This document shows positions 35,715 to 44,387 of a stretch of DNA of 64,000 nt, piece by piece. A program made the position numbers and the translations under genes. The notes beneath the pieces were generated by a model that was not told the origin of the DNA, ran no database searches, and saw nothing but the letters and a program-made list of their open reading frames with translations. Origin of the DNA: an uncultured Gammaproteobacteria bacterium (GTDB lineage: Bacteria > Pseudomonadota > Gammaproteobacteria > Pseudomonadales > Azotimanducaceae); assembly GCA_913060615.1 (NCBI GenBank), contig CAJXUL010000001.1, positions 6,391 to 70,390 of the forward strand, given 5' to 3'. Every line of letters begins with the position of its first letter. Within the stretch, counting starts at the first letter, position 1.

Positions 35715-36317
35715 ATGACTGTAGAAACAAAACAACAGACTGAGATACGGCGAACTGTAAAAAAGTTGGCTCTTATAGTGGTAGGCATGTGCTTCTTTGT
35801 TGCAGCACTCGTGCCGCTGTACGATTTGTTTTGCGAGGTGACAGGGCTCAACGGTAAAACCGGTGGGCCATATGTATTTGATGAAGCTAAGAGCAGTCCC
35901 GATACATCGCGTTTAATAAAGGTAAACTTTCTTACCAATACTAACCAAGGCATGTCATGGGATTTTTGGCCAGAGAAGGGTGCTGTGAGGGTACATCCTG
36001 GCTCGGCCAATACTGTTAGCTTTTATGTGAAAAATACGACTGGGCGCCCCATGATCGCTCAAGCAATTCCATCGTTGGTGCCATCATCAGCGGCAGAGTT
36101 TTTTCACAAGACAGAATGTTTTTGTTTTGAACAGCAGCTTTTGCAACCCGGAGAAGAGTTGGAAATGCCAATGCGGTTCATTGTTGATCGTGGGTTACCT
36201 AGAAATGTTCAGAGCATCAACCTGAGCTACGCGCTCTTTGATGTAACGGACCGCATTGGGTTACCTGAAAATATGCAAAATGTAGACAATCAAGTCAGCC
36301 CAGTCGCGGGCGGATAA
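35715..36317 (+). CDS. ctaG: Cytochrome c oxidase assembly protein CtaG/Cox11
   Basis: PLYDLFCEVTG and KTECFCF. Confidence 0.95.
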   Translation: MTVETKQQTEIRRTVKKLALIVVGMCFFVAALVPLYDLFCEVTGLNGKTGGPYVFDEAKSSPDTSRLIKVNFLTNTNQGMSWDFWPEKGAVRVHPGSANTVSFYVKNTTGRPMIAQAIPSLVPSSAAEFFHKTECFCFEQQLLQPGEELEMPMRFIVDRGLPRNVQSINLSYALFDVTDRIGLPENMQNVDNQVSPVAGG

Positions 36318-36342
36318 CGAAATAATCCAGTGGAGGAGATAG

Positions 36343-37263
36343 ATGAGTAGCTCAACAGAGGTCGACAACTCGACATACTACGTACCCGAACAAGGTTGGT
36401 ACCCTGTATTTTTGGCTTTTGGCCTAATGCTCTTGGTTACTGGCCTTGCTGGTTTCTTGAACGATATGAAGAATGGCTTATCTGGGAGTTGGACACAAAG
36501 TCTCGTCGGTCTCGTCGTTGTAAGTTTCGTCCTCTATAGCTGGTTCGCAAAAGTTGTCGAAGAGAACAGCGCTGGCCTAAATAACGCGACACTTAAGAAA
36601 AGTTATGTTTGGGGCATGGGTTGGTTTATTTTCTCTGAAGTGATGTTCTTCGCTGCTTTTTTTGGCGCATTGTTTTACGTTCGTTCTTTCGTAGTGCCAT
36701 GGTTGGGCGGTGAAGGCGACAAGGGCATTATTGGTGACTATCTATGGCCGGCCTTTGAGTCCACGTGGCCGGTAGTAGCTAATCCGAATGCGGATATCTT
36801 TGTTAATCCGGGCGAGAGCATGGCGTCACCTGGTGTAATGAATTGGGGCGCATACTTGCCTTTCTATAATACGGTCATTCTTTTGACATCCAGCGTCACT
36901 ATTCACTTTGCTCATGATGCGATCAAGTCACAAGAGCGCAAAAAGCTTATTAACTGGTTAGCTGTGACAGTTATTTTGGGTATCATATTTTTGATTCTCC
37001 AAGTGGAAGAATATATCCACGCTTACAGTGCGCTGGGGCTGACGTTAGACAGCGGAATCTATGGCTCTACCTTCTTTATATTGACCGGTTTTCACGGTTT
37101 TCACGTGACGATGGGAACGTTTATAATCTTCGTTCAGCTAATTAGAGCAATAAAGGGCCACTTCACCGCCGAAGATTGCTTTGGCTTCGAGTCGGCCAGT
37201 TGGTATTGGCACTTTGTCGATGTGGTTTGGGTTGGTTTGTTTATTTTCGTCTACGTCGTATAG
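36343..37263 (+). CDS. coxC: Cytochrome c oxidase subunit III
   Basis: FIFSEVMFF, TGFHGFHV, WYWHFVDVVW. Confidence 0.98.
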   Translation: MSSSTEVDNSTYYVPEQGWYPVFLAFGLMLLVTGLAGFLNDMKNGLSGSWTQSLVGLVVVSFVLYSWFAKVVEENSAGLNNATLKKSYVWGMGWFIFSEVMFFAAFFGALFYVRSFVVPWLGGEGDKGIIGDYLWPAFESTWPVVANPNADIFVNPGESMASPGVMNWGAYLPFYNTVILLTSSVTIHFAHDAIKSQERKKLINWLAVTVILGIIFLILQVEEYIHAYSALGLTLDSGIYGSTFFILTGFHGFHVTMGTFIIFVQLIRAIKGHFTAEDCFGFESASWYWHFVDVVWVGLFIFVYVV

Positions 37264-37330
37264 AGAGAGCGCGCTGTCAGGTTGTCCTGTTAGCGCATCA
37301 TCTCGACGGGCTGTTGATAAGCCAGCATAA

Positions 37331-37357
37331 AAAAAGGGCTCCTGTTGAGCCCTTTTT
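37331..37357. terminator. Bidirectional intrinsic terminator
   Basis: AAAAAGGGCTC-ctgtt-GAGCCCTTTTT between the convergent coxC and DUF2909 genes. Confidence 0.85.
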
Positions 37358-37414
37358 ATTTGCATAGATTTTCACAAAACTTTGCCTGGTTGGATGGCAT
37401 TCTGCTTTGGTGGG

Positions 37415-37654
37415 CTATTCGTCTTGCTGAGTAGCCCCGTGCCATGGCGCGTTTATGCCCATGCGCAGTTCACCGGTGTAAAACCCGTAGCCAATGGTTA
37501 AGACTAGTAATGTTGCGAAAGTGACTCTTACGCCTAATGCATACCAAAGGCGCTTACTGTCGGGCTTGTCGGTGTCTTTGAAAAGAAATACCAAGCCGCT
37601 GCCAAGGCTGACTATGACGCACAAAAGTAATACAACAATAATGATTTTGAGCAT
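37415..37654 (-). CDS. DUF2909/HIG1-like small membrane protein
   Basis: Two TM segments, SLGSGLVFL...LGVRV; usual antisense position inside gammaproteobacterial cox clusters. Confidence 0.8.
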   Translation of the reverse strand: MLKIIIVVLLLCVIVSLGSGLVFLFKDTDKPDSKRLWYALGVRVTFATLLVLTIGYGFYTGELRMGINAPWHGATQQDE

Positions 37655-37713
37655 TGGTACACTTCTCGTTATTTGGAACTTAGTTTAAAGCATATGGGTG
37701 CAGGCGTTAAGCA

Positions 37714-38400
37714 ATGAAAGAATTTTCCCCCGGTTGGCGCATGAGTATTTTTACCCTTCTGTTTGTGCCGTTGTTACTGGCGTTAGGTAATTGGCAGGTT
37801 GAGCGTGGGGCGCAAAAGCGCGGTTTAGAAGCTGAATATTTGGCTCAGTTGGCGGCCTTGCCCACGCAGCCTACACCCGCTTCTTTAGCTATACCATTTC
37901 AAACAATTCGTTTGTCGGGTCGTTATGAGTCAGACTATTTTTTGCTGGACAACCAAATTAACGAGGGCAAGGTGGGCTACTGGGTTATTCAAGTTTTTTT
38001 AGATGAGCTGCATGGGCGATTTTTGCTCAACAGAGGTTTCGTTGCTGGGAGTGCCAATCGTGATACCGCCCCTGTGGTGGCGTTGCCACAAGGTAGGCTT
38101 TCTCCAGTCGCAACCGTCTGGCCTGACCTTGGGTTGATTCCGATTTTGGATGATGCGCCCTGGAACGACGGCTGGCCAAAACAGGTGCAACGATTAGAAA
38201 TAGACCGGATGGCCAAGGTAACAAGTGCTTATCCTGCTGAATTACGTTTAGAAGCAGGGCAGCCAGGTGTGCTGGCAGCTGCACCATTTGCACAAGTTTT
38301 TAGTGATGCGAAGCATAAAGGCTACGCCCTCACATGGTTTGGTTTGAGTATTACACTCATGTTCGGGTTTGTCTTTTATGGCTTTAAACGCACCGAGTAG
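37714..38400 (+). CDS. SURF1-family oxidase assembly protein
   Basis: LGNWQVERG, LLNRGFV, HKGYALTWF. Confidence 0.92.
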   Translation: MKEFSPGWRMSIFTLLFVPLLLALGNWQVERGAQKRGLEAEYLAQLAALPTQPTPASLAIPFQTIRLSGRYESDYFLLDNQINEGKVGYWVIQVFLDELHGRFLLNRGFVAGSANRDTAPVVALPQGRLSPVATVWPDLGLIPILDDAPWNDGWPKQVQRLEIDRMAKVTSAYPAELRLEAGQPGVLAAAPFAQVFSDAKHKGYALTWFGLSITLMFGFVFYGFKRTE

Positions 38401-38465
38401 CGCTGCTTTGGTACGCCAATGATCGGTATAACTTTTTAGTATCAATTTTTGAATAGGTTTTAATT

Positions 38466-39008
38466 ATGCAAGACGAAGCATCTGCAACGCGATCTAGTGG
38501 TCGTCGTCAACTCACATTGATTCTCATTACTGCTGCAATGTCACTTGGCGGTTCCTACTTACTGTTTTTCGCAACGCAGAATAGCAGCGGCTGGGGGACC
38601 ACAAACAATGGTGCCTTTGTAGACCCACCCCTAAATATTGAAAACTTGGGCTGGAAGGACGACAAGGGTATCAAGCTGGGCACCTCCGGCGATTGGTGGC
38701 TATGGACCGTGACCGAAAATTGCGCGGAAGATTGCGCCAAGGCATTGAAAAATCTCCAGGCCACCCACATCTTGTTAAATAGAGAAGCAAAACGCGTAAG
38801 ACGCGCTTTTTCCAACAATTCGGGGAATTTTATTCCCGAAAACCAGCCAGATCTAAAGCTTGTCAATACTGCAAACCAGTCAGTGCCAGAGGGAATCTAT
38901 ATAATCGATCCCAACGGTAATTTGGTTTTCCGCTATGCAATTGTGACTAATCCAAAAGACATATTGCAGGACCTCAAACGACTACTAAAGGTGTCACAAA
39001 TTGGTTAA
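38466..39008 (+). CDS. Conserved cox-cluster membrane-anchored protein (thioredoxin-like)
   Basis: TM anchor, TTNNG, CAEDC, IIDPNGN...DILQDLKRLLKVSQIG; lies between SURF1 and ctaA. Confidence 0.8.
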   Translation: MQDEASATRSSGRRQLTLILITAAMSLGGSYLLFFATQNSSGWGTTNNGAFVDPPLNIENLGWKDDKGIKLGTSGDWWLWTVTENCAEDCAKALKNLQATHILLNREAKRVRRAFSNNSGNFIPENQPDLKLVNTANQSVPEGIYIIDPNGNLVFRYAIVTNPKDILQDLKRLLKVSQIG

Positions 39009-39981
39009 CTCCCGACTCAGAAAATTAGCAGGCTTTGGCGTCATTTGGGCGCTACTCGTTGTATCAGTTGGTGCATACACTCGTCTCGCCGACGCTGGTT
39101 TGGGTTGTCCAGACTGGCCTGGTTGCTATGGGTTCCTTACGGTTCCTGAGGATGTGGCTACCATATCTACTGCGCAAACACGCTTTCCTGATGCACCGGT
39201 AGAGATCGAGAAAGCCTGGTGGGAAATGGGTCACCGTTATATAGCGGGGTTTCTTCTACTCATTGTCTTTACGATGCTGGTGATTACCTGGAGAAACGTT
39301 AAAGAGCACACGCCTACGAAAATGGTGTCGGCACTAATGGTGCTTATATTATGTCAGGCAGCTTTCGGTGCTTGGACAGTAACATTAAAGCTTTGGCCTC
39401 AGGTGGTCACCGCCCATTTGCTTGGCGGGTTTGCCACACTAAGCCTTATCTGGCTGATTTATCTGCGCCAGGGCGGTATGTCAGGCTTAGTCAGCAACCT
39501 ACCCACACCTACATTGCATACCAATATTGCGTTCGTTGCGGTAGTCGTACAAATCATCTTGGGCGGCTGGGTGTCCTCGAACTACGCAGCTTTAGCTTGT
39601 TATGACTTTCCAAGCTGTGATGGCAGTTACTCGCCCGCAATAGACCTGGCTCAAGGCTTTAACGTATTTCAAGGCATTGGCCCCAGTTATCTTGGCGGCT
39701 TGATGGACAGCGAAGCACGAGCGGCCATTCACTGGGTCCATCGTATTGGCGCTGTTTTTGTACTATTTATTGTGGGATCTTTAGTTTATCGGCTGTTGTC
39801 GACCAAACCTCTCATGGCTTATCTAATGGGCGCTATACTCGTGCTCCAAATATGCTTGGGCATTCTTAATATAGTTTGGGTATTGCCCCTGCTTAATGCC
39901 ACAGCCCATAACGCCGTCGGAGCCCTGTTACTATTGTGCCTAGTTACAGTAAACTTCGCGCCCAGATTGCGGTTCGTTTGA
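39001..39981 (+). CDS. ctaA: Heme A synthase
   Basis: GAYTRLADAGLGCPDWPGC, EMGHR, HLLGG, HRIGA. Confidence 0.94.
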   Translation: MVNSRLRKLAGFGVIWALLVVSVGAYTRLADAGLGCPDWPGCYGFLTVPEDVATISTAQTRFPDAPVEIEKAWWEMGHRYIAGFLLLIVFTMLVITWRNVKEHTPTKMVSALMVLILCQAAFGAWTVTLKLWPQVVTAHLLGGFATLSLIWLIYLRQGGMSGLVSNLPTPTLHTNIAFVAVVVQIILGGWVSSNYAALACYDFPSCDGSYSPAIDLAQGFNVFQGIGPSYLGGLMDSEARAAIHWVHRIGAVFVLFIVGSLVYRLLSTKPLMAYLMGAILVLQICLGILNIVWVLPLLNATAHNAVGALLLLCLVTVNFAPRLRFV

Positions 39982-40014
39982 ACCGCTATTTTATTACACA
40001 ACTAAGTTATCTAA

Positions 40015-40941
40015 ATGTCTGAAGTTATTGTTGGCGCCTCTTGGCGAGACTATCTAGAAATGTGCAAACCCCGAGTGGTTTTGCTCATGTTGATTTGTTC
40101 TGTTGCGGGAATGTTTCTTGCGACATCGTCTAGCGTTCCCCTAGACGTTTTGATCTACGGCAACATTGGTATAGCACTAGTGGCTGGCTCTGCCGCGGTG
40201 GTTAATCATATTGCTGATGCGCACATTGATTCGCGCATGGCACGCACTCAGAGTCGCCCTGTAGCAACCGGCAGAGTGTCTAATCGTGATGCGATCATTT
40301 TTTCCGCAGTTACGGGATTAATCGGGTTGGGTATGCTTTGGTTCTTAATCAATCCTTTAACCGCATGGCTGAATCTAGCTTCTTGGGTGGGCTACGGGTT
40401 GATCTACACGTTCTTTTTGAAACGAGCCACACCGCAGAATATCGTCATTGGTGGATTGTTTGGTGCAGCCCCGCCGCTGTTTGGTTGGACGGCTGTGACC
40501 AATAGCATTGATCCAGGTGGTTTGCTCTTGGTGCTGATTATTTTTGTTTGGACACCACCGCATTTTTGGGCCTTAGCCCTTGAGCGCAAGGATGAATATG
40601 CGGAAGTAGGCATGCCGATGTTGCCGGTGACTCATGGTGAAGCATACACTCGCCTGCACATTTTGTTGTACACAATCCTGCTGGTGGTTTGCACAATTTT
40701 GCCCTACCTTATTGGTATGTCAGGGCCTCTTTATCTTGCTGGCGCATTAGCGTTGGGTGGTGGGTTTTTGTACTGGGCAATTGTCCTCATGCGCAACAAA
40801 AACCCGCGTGCGCCAATGGAAACTTTTCGTTACTCAATAGTTTACTTGGGTGCGCTATTTTTGGTTCTATTGCTAGACCATTATCTTTGGGTCCAAGGAA
40901 TAGACATCTCCCCCATAGAACTGCAACGAGTGACGGTCTAA
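40015..40941 (+). CDS. cyoE: Protoheme IX farnesyltransferase
   Basis: KPRVV, DSRMARTQSRP, KRATPQNIVIGG, WTPPHFWAL. Confidence 0.97.
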   Translation: MSEVIVGASWRDYLEMCKPRVVLLMLICSVAGMFLATSSSVPLDVLIYGNIGIALVAGSAAVVNHIADAHIDSRMARTQSRPVATGRVSNRDAIIFSAVTGLIGLGMLWFLINPLTAWLNLASWVGYGLIYTFFLKRATPQNIVIGGLFGAAPPLFGWTAVTNSIDPGGLLLVLIIFVWTPPHFWALALERKDEYAEVGMPMLPVTHGEAYTRLHILLYTILLVVCTILPYLIGMSGPLYLAGALALGGGFLYWAIVLMRNKNPRAPMETFRYSIVYLGALFLVLLLDHYLWVQGIDISPIELQRVTV

Positions 40942-40945
40942 TTTA

Positions 40946-41605
40946 ATGCAAAGTATTAAGTCTACAGTTGGTTTGTGTGTTGTTTTCATTAGCATCGTAT
41001 TGGTGATGTTCGTCTTCAGTAAGATGCGCGTACCGGAACTTTCCGCGGACGAGATGCGCTCCCAAGGTGTTTTCATTTTGCCCACGCCAAGAGACATTGG
41101 CCCGTTCGAATTGCTTGACCATAGAGGCACCGTATTTAATCGTCAGAGTTTAGAGGGTCATTGGAGTTTCATATTTTTCGGCTTTACGAATTGCCCGGAT
41201 GTTTGCCCAACGTCACTTTCGGTTCTGGGCCAAGTTGAGAATCAGCTGAAAAAGCAAGACCCTGTATTAGCCGAAGGCTTCAAAGTGCGTCTGGTTTCTG
41301 TAGATCCTGACGCTGATACGCTAGAGCGTTTGGGCCAATATGTAAGTGCGTTTTCGCCGAGCTTTCTAGGCGTGCGAGGTGAAAGAGCAGATTTGGTGAA
41401 GTTCACAGACCAAGTTAACGTCGCGTTTGCCAAGGTACCGCTGCGCTCTTCAGTACCAGGTTCAGATGAGATGGGTTATACCGTGGACCATACCGGTAAT
41501 ATCGTGATCATTAATCCACGGGGGCATTATCACGGCTTCATCAAGTTGCCACACAAAGCCGAGACCATTAGGCTTAGCTATCAGACGTTAGACGCGCAAT
41601 TTTAG
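40946..41605 (+). CDS. SCO/SenC copper chaperone
   Basis: FFGFTNCPDVCP and YTVDHTG. Confidence 0.94.
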   Translation: MQSIKSTVGLCVVFISIVLVMFVFSKMRVPELSADEMRSQGVFILPTPRDIGPFELLDHRGTVFNRQSLEGHWSFIFFGFTNCPDVCPTSLSVLGQVENQLKKQDPVLAEGFKVRLVSVDPDADTLERLGQYVSAFSPSFLGVRGERADLVKFTDQVNVAFAKVPLRSSVPGSDEMGYTVDHTGNIVIINPRGHYHGFIKLPHKAETIRLSYQTLDAQF

Positions 41606-41612
41606 GATTTAT

Positions 41613-42935
41613 ATGCATTCGCGGTTCCAGTCTGCTGAGGCAGATACGAGTAAGATGGACCGCGCGGCTTTAAATAAAGCCCTTGAAGCATTGATGCTGC
41701 GCTACAAAAGCGTCCGGCGTAGGTCTGTAGATTTATGTCAGCCCTTGCAGATAGAAGACTTCGGCGTGCAGCCAATGGCCGACGCCAGTCCACCCAAGTG
41801 GCATCTTGCCCATATCACCTGGTTTTTTGAAACGTTTCTTTTACGAAAGTACGCGGTCGGCTATTCCCCTTATCACCCAGCCTTTGAGCACCTTTTTAAT
41901 TCTTATTACAATGGTGTGGGCGACCCTTTCCCGCGCCTACGAAGAGGCAGCCTGTCGCGGCCAACTGTCGCAGAAATTTACACCTATAGAGATAGCGTGG
42001 ATGAGGGTTTACTAACCTTTATCAGTGACGGCAAATTCGCCGATCAAGCTGCATCTGAGATTGTGCAAATTTTGGAGCTTGGGCTGCACCACGAACAACA
42101 GCACCAAGAATTGTTGTTAACGGATATAAAATATAACTTGGGTCATAACCCTTTATTCCCCAGTTATCATGACGCCTCAATTGTACTTTCCATGGACTCA
42201 CCGGGGCCGCTGAAGAAAGTTTCTTTTAGCGAACACAACCCAGGCTTAGTGGACATTGGCGCAGCAGCTGGCTTCGCCTTTGATAACGAGTATCCAAGAC
42301 ATCAAAGTTTCCTTGGTCCATTTGGTATTGCCAATCGACTTGTCAGCAATGGTGAATATCTGCAATTTATTCACGATAGCGGCTATAAACGGGCGGACTT
42401 ATGGTTAGCTCAGGGTTGGGCCGTTTTGCAGGAAAGTACCAGACACCATCCACTTTATTGGCACCAAACAGGGTCAGGTAGCTGGTCTGAATATCGCATG
42501 GATGGCTTGCACCCGTTACAGTTAGATGCTCCGGTAACACATGTCAGTGGTTACGAAGCAATGGCCTATGCGAGTTGGACTGGTGCGCGCCTGCCCACAG
42601 AGTTCGAGTGGGAGTGGGCCGCCAAAAAACAACCGCAAACAGGCAATTTCGCTGACTTAAATCGCTTTCACCCAATGATTTGCGATGCCGTAAGTGAACA
42701 ATTCTTTGGTGACGTTTGGGAGTGGACATCAAGTTCATATGGCCCGTATCCAGGCTACAAAACCCTCGAGGGTGTGCTGGGTGAATATAATGGTAAGTTC
42801 ATGAGTAGCCAGTTGGTTCTACGCGGTGGTTCGTGCGTTACAGATTCAAAACACATTCGTGCCAGTTATCGAAACTTTTTTTATCCCGGAGACAGTTGGC
42901 AGTTCTCCGGAATACGTTTAGCGGTGGATTTATGA
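41613..42935 (+). CDS. egtB: Ergothioneine sulfoxide synthase
   Basis: SPPKWHLAH, HHEQQHQELL iron ligands, FNSYY loop, FGE-sulfatase C-terminus (GDVWEWT, LRGGSC). Confidence 0.92.
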   Translation: MHSRFQSAEADTSKMDRAALNKALEALMLRYKSVRRRSVDLCQPLQIEDFGVQPMADASPPKWHLAHITWFFETFLLRKYAVGYSPYHPAFEHLFNSYYNGVGDPFPRLRRGSLSRPTVAEIYTYRDSVDEGLLTFISDGKFADQAASEIVQILELGLHHEQQHQELLLTDIKYNLGHNPLFPSYHDASIVLSMDSPGPLKKVSFSEHNPGLVDIGAAAGFAFDNEYPRHQSFLGPFGIANRLVSNGEYLQFIHDSGYKRADLWLAQGWAVLQESTRHHPLYWHQTGSGSWSEYRMDGLHPLQLDAPVTHVSGYEAMAYASWTGARLPTEFEWEWAAKKQPQTGNFADLNRFHPMICDAVSEQFFGDVWEWTSSSYGPYPGYKTLEGVLGEYNGKFMSSQLVLRGGSCVTDSKHIRASYRNFFYPGDSWQFSGIRLAVDL

Positions 42936-43909
42936 CAACCAATTCTTCTTTGTCCAATGCGCAATTTGCATTCTTGGATCTAAAGCCTGATCTAGATGTG
43001 ATTGTGGGTGAAGTGCAGCAAAGTTTGAGCCTAGAAGCCAAGTCAATATCACCAAAGTTTTTTTACGATGAGCGCGGCTCAGAATTATTTGATGCCATTA
43101 CGGAACTGCCCGAATACTATGTAACGCGTACGGAAATGGCGTTGTTTGATGCGCACATGGAGGAAATATCCGACTCTTTAGAGGAAAATATTTGCGTCAT
43201 TGAATACGGCAGTGGGTCGACAAAAAAGATCCGGCGTTTGCTCGACGTGTTGAAGCCAGAAGCTTATGTGCCGGTGGATATATCCGGCGATTATTTGCTC
43301 AGTAATGCCCAAACCTTATTAGGCGATTTCCCCGCGTTAAAAATCTTTCCAGTTTGTGCTGATATTACCGAAAGTTTCGCTTTGCCCACACAGGTAAGTG
43401 AGCTGCGGCCGCTTGGGTTTTATCCCGGCTCGAGTATTGGTAATTTTGAACCGGCTAAAGCGGTAGATTTCTTGAAAAGAGTGCATGCGACACTTGGTAC
43501 GGGCGGCTATTTTTTGGTCGGCGTGGACGCCAAGAAAGACGTTAGCATTTTGGAGGCGGCTTATGACGACGCTGCGGGCGTAACCGCCCAGTTCAACCTA
43601 AATACCCTCGTGCATTTAAATGAAAAACTCGGTGCCGACTTTGATTTAGACCAATTTGTGCATTTCTCCAAGTACAACTCAGACCAAGGTTGTATTCAAA
43701 TGTTTTTAAAGAGCTCGGTCGCCCAGCAGGTGAATGTCGCAGGAAAGGTAATTTCTTTTGCCGAAGGCGAGCTTTTGCATACTGAGAACTCCTATAAATA
43801 TGCCAAGCAGGAGTTCATCACCCTTGCTCAATCAGCCCAATTCGAATGTCTGAAAAGTTGGCAAGATGACAACGAGTGGTTCTCGCTGTTTTTGTTGCGT
43901 GCTTGTTGA
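42932..43909 (+). CDS. egtD: Histidine N-alpha-trimethyltransferase
   Basis: PKFFYDERGSELF, ELPEYYVTRTE, GSSIGNF, HTENSYKY; ATGA overlap with the egtB stop. Confidence 0.93.
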   Translation: MTTNSSLSNAQFAFLDLKPDLDVIVGEVQQSLSLEAKSISPKFFYDERGSELFDAITELPEYYVTRTEMALFDAHMEEISDSLEENICVIEYGSGSTKKIRRLLDVLKPEAYVPVDISGDYLLSNAQTLLGDFPALKIFPVCADITESFALPTQVSELRPLGFYPGSSIGNFEPAKAVDFLKRVHATLGTGGYFLVGVDAKKDVSILEAAYDDAAGVTAQFNLNTLVHLNEKLGADFDLDQFVHFSKYNSDQGCIQMFLKSSVAQQVNVAGKVISFAEGELLHTENSYKYAKQEFITLAQSAQFECLKSWQDDNEWFSLFLLRAC

Positions 43910-43926
43910 GGAGTAACTCGCTAATG

Positions 43927-44352
43927 CTAATCAAACTCCCATAACACCCAGCTGGCAACTAAACTGTCTACCCGTTCTAAATCACCATTACCTTTCGTCG
44001 CATCTGTTGGCACAAGGTAATAGGGTTTGCCGCGATTTGGTACAATGCGGATATATCTGAGCTGGCCATTCTGTCTAAATTCGTAAACCATACGATTTTC
44101 TTCCGCCACAATTACTACGTCGGGACCTCGATTTGTTGCAGCGCTGGCGGCACCTGGCAGCAAAATTAGGCTGGCAAAAACCAACCCGGCTAACACAAAA
44201 TATAGGCTCAGCCGTTGTGCAGTAGCGGATATATTAAAAGAGCAAAGCGTGCACCAGTTGATGCGCGCGCGCCCTGCAGATTGAGGCCAATCGTGGGGCA
44301 TTAAATAGCCTGTTCTTTTTTGTCCAAGCACAGGTAAAGTGCATCTGCTCAT
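43927..44352 (-). CDS. DUF2782-like small exported protein (true start probably downstream of 44352)
   Basis: VYEFRQNGQLRYIRIVPNRGKPYYLV...WVLWEF; divergent from polA. Confidence 0.75.
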   Translation of the reverse strand: MSRCTLPVLGQKRTGYLMPHDWPQSAGRARINWCTLCSFNISATAQRLSLYFVLAGLVFASLILLPGAASAATNRGPDVVIVAEENRMVYEFRQNGQLRYIRIVPNRGKPYYLVPTDATKGNGDLERVDSLVASWVLWEFD

Positions 44353-44387
44353 TGTCTAATTCTCTACAAATTATAGGAACGTAATTA

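Noticed and set aside
41613-42935. Selenoneine synthase SenA or ovothiol synthase OvoA
   Set aside because: No senB/selD neighbours, no fused C-terminal methyltransferase, and egtD is adjacent.
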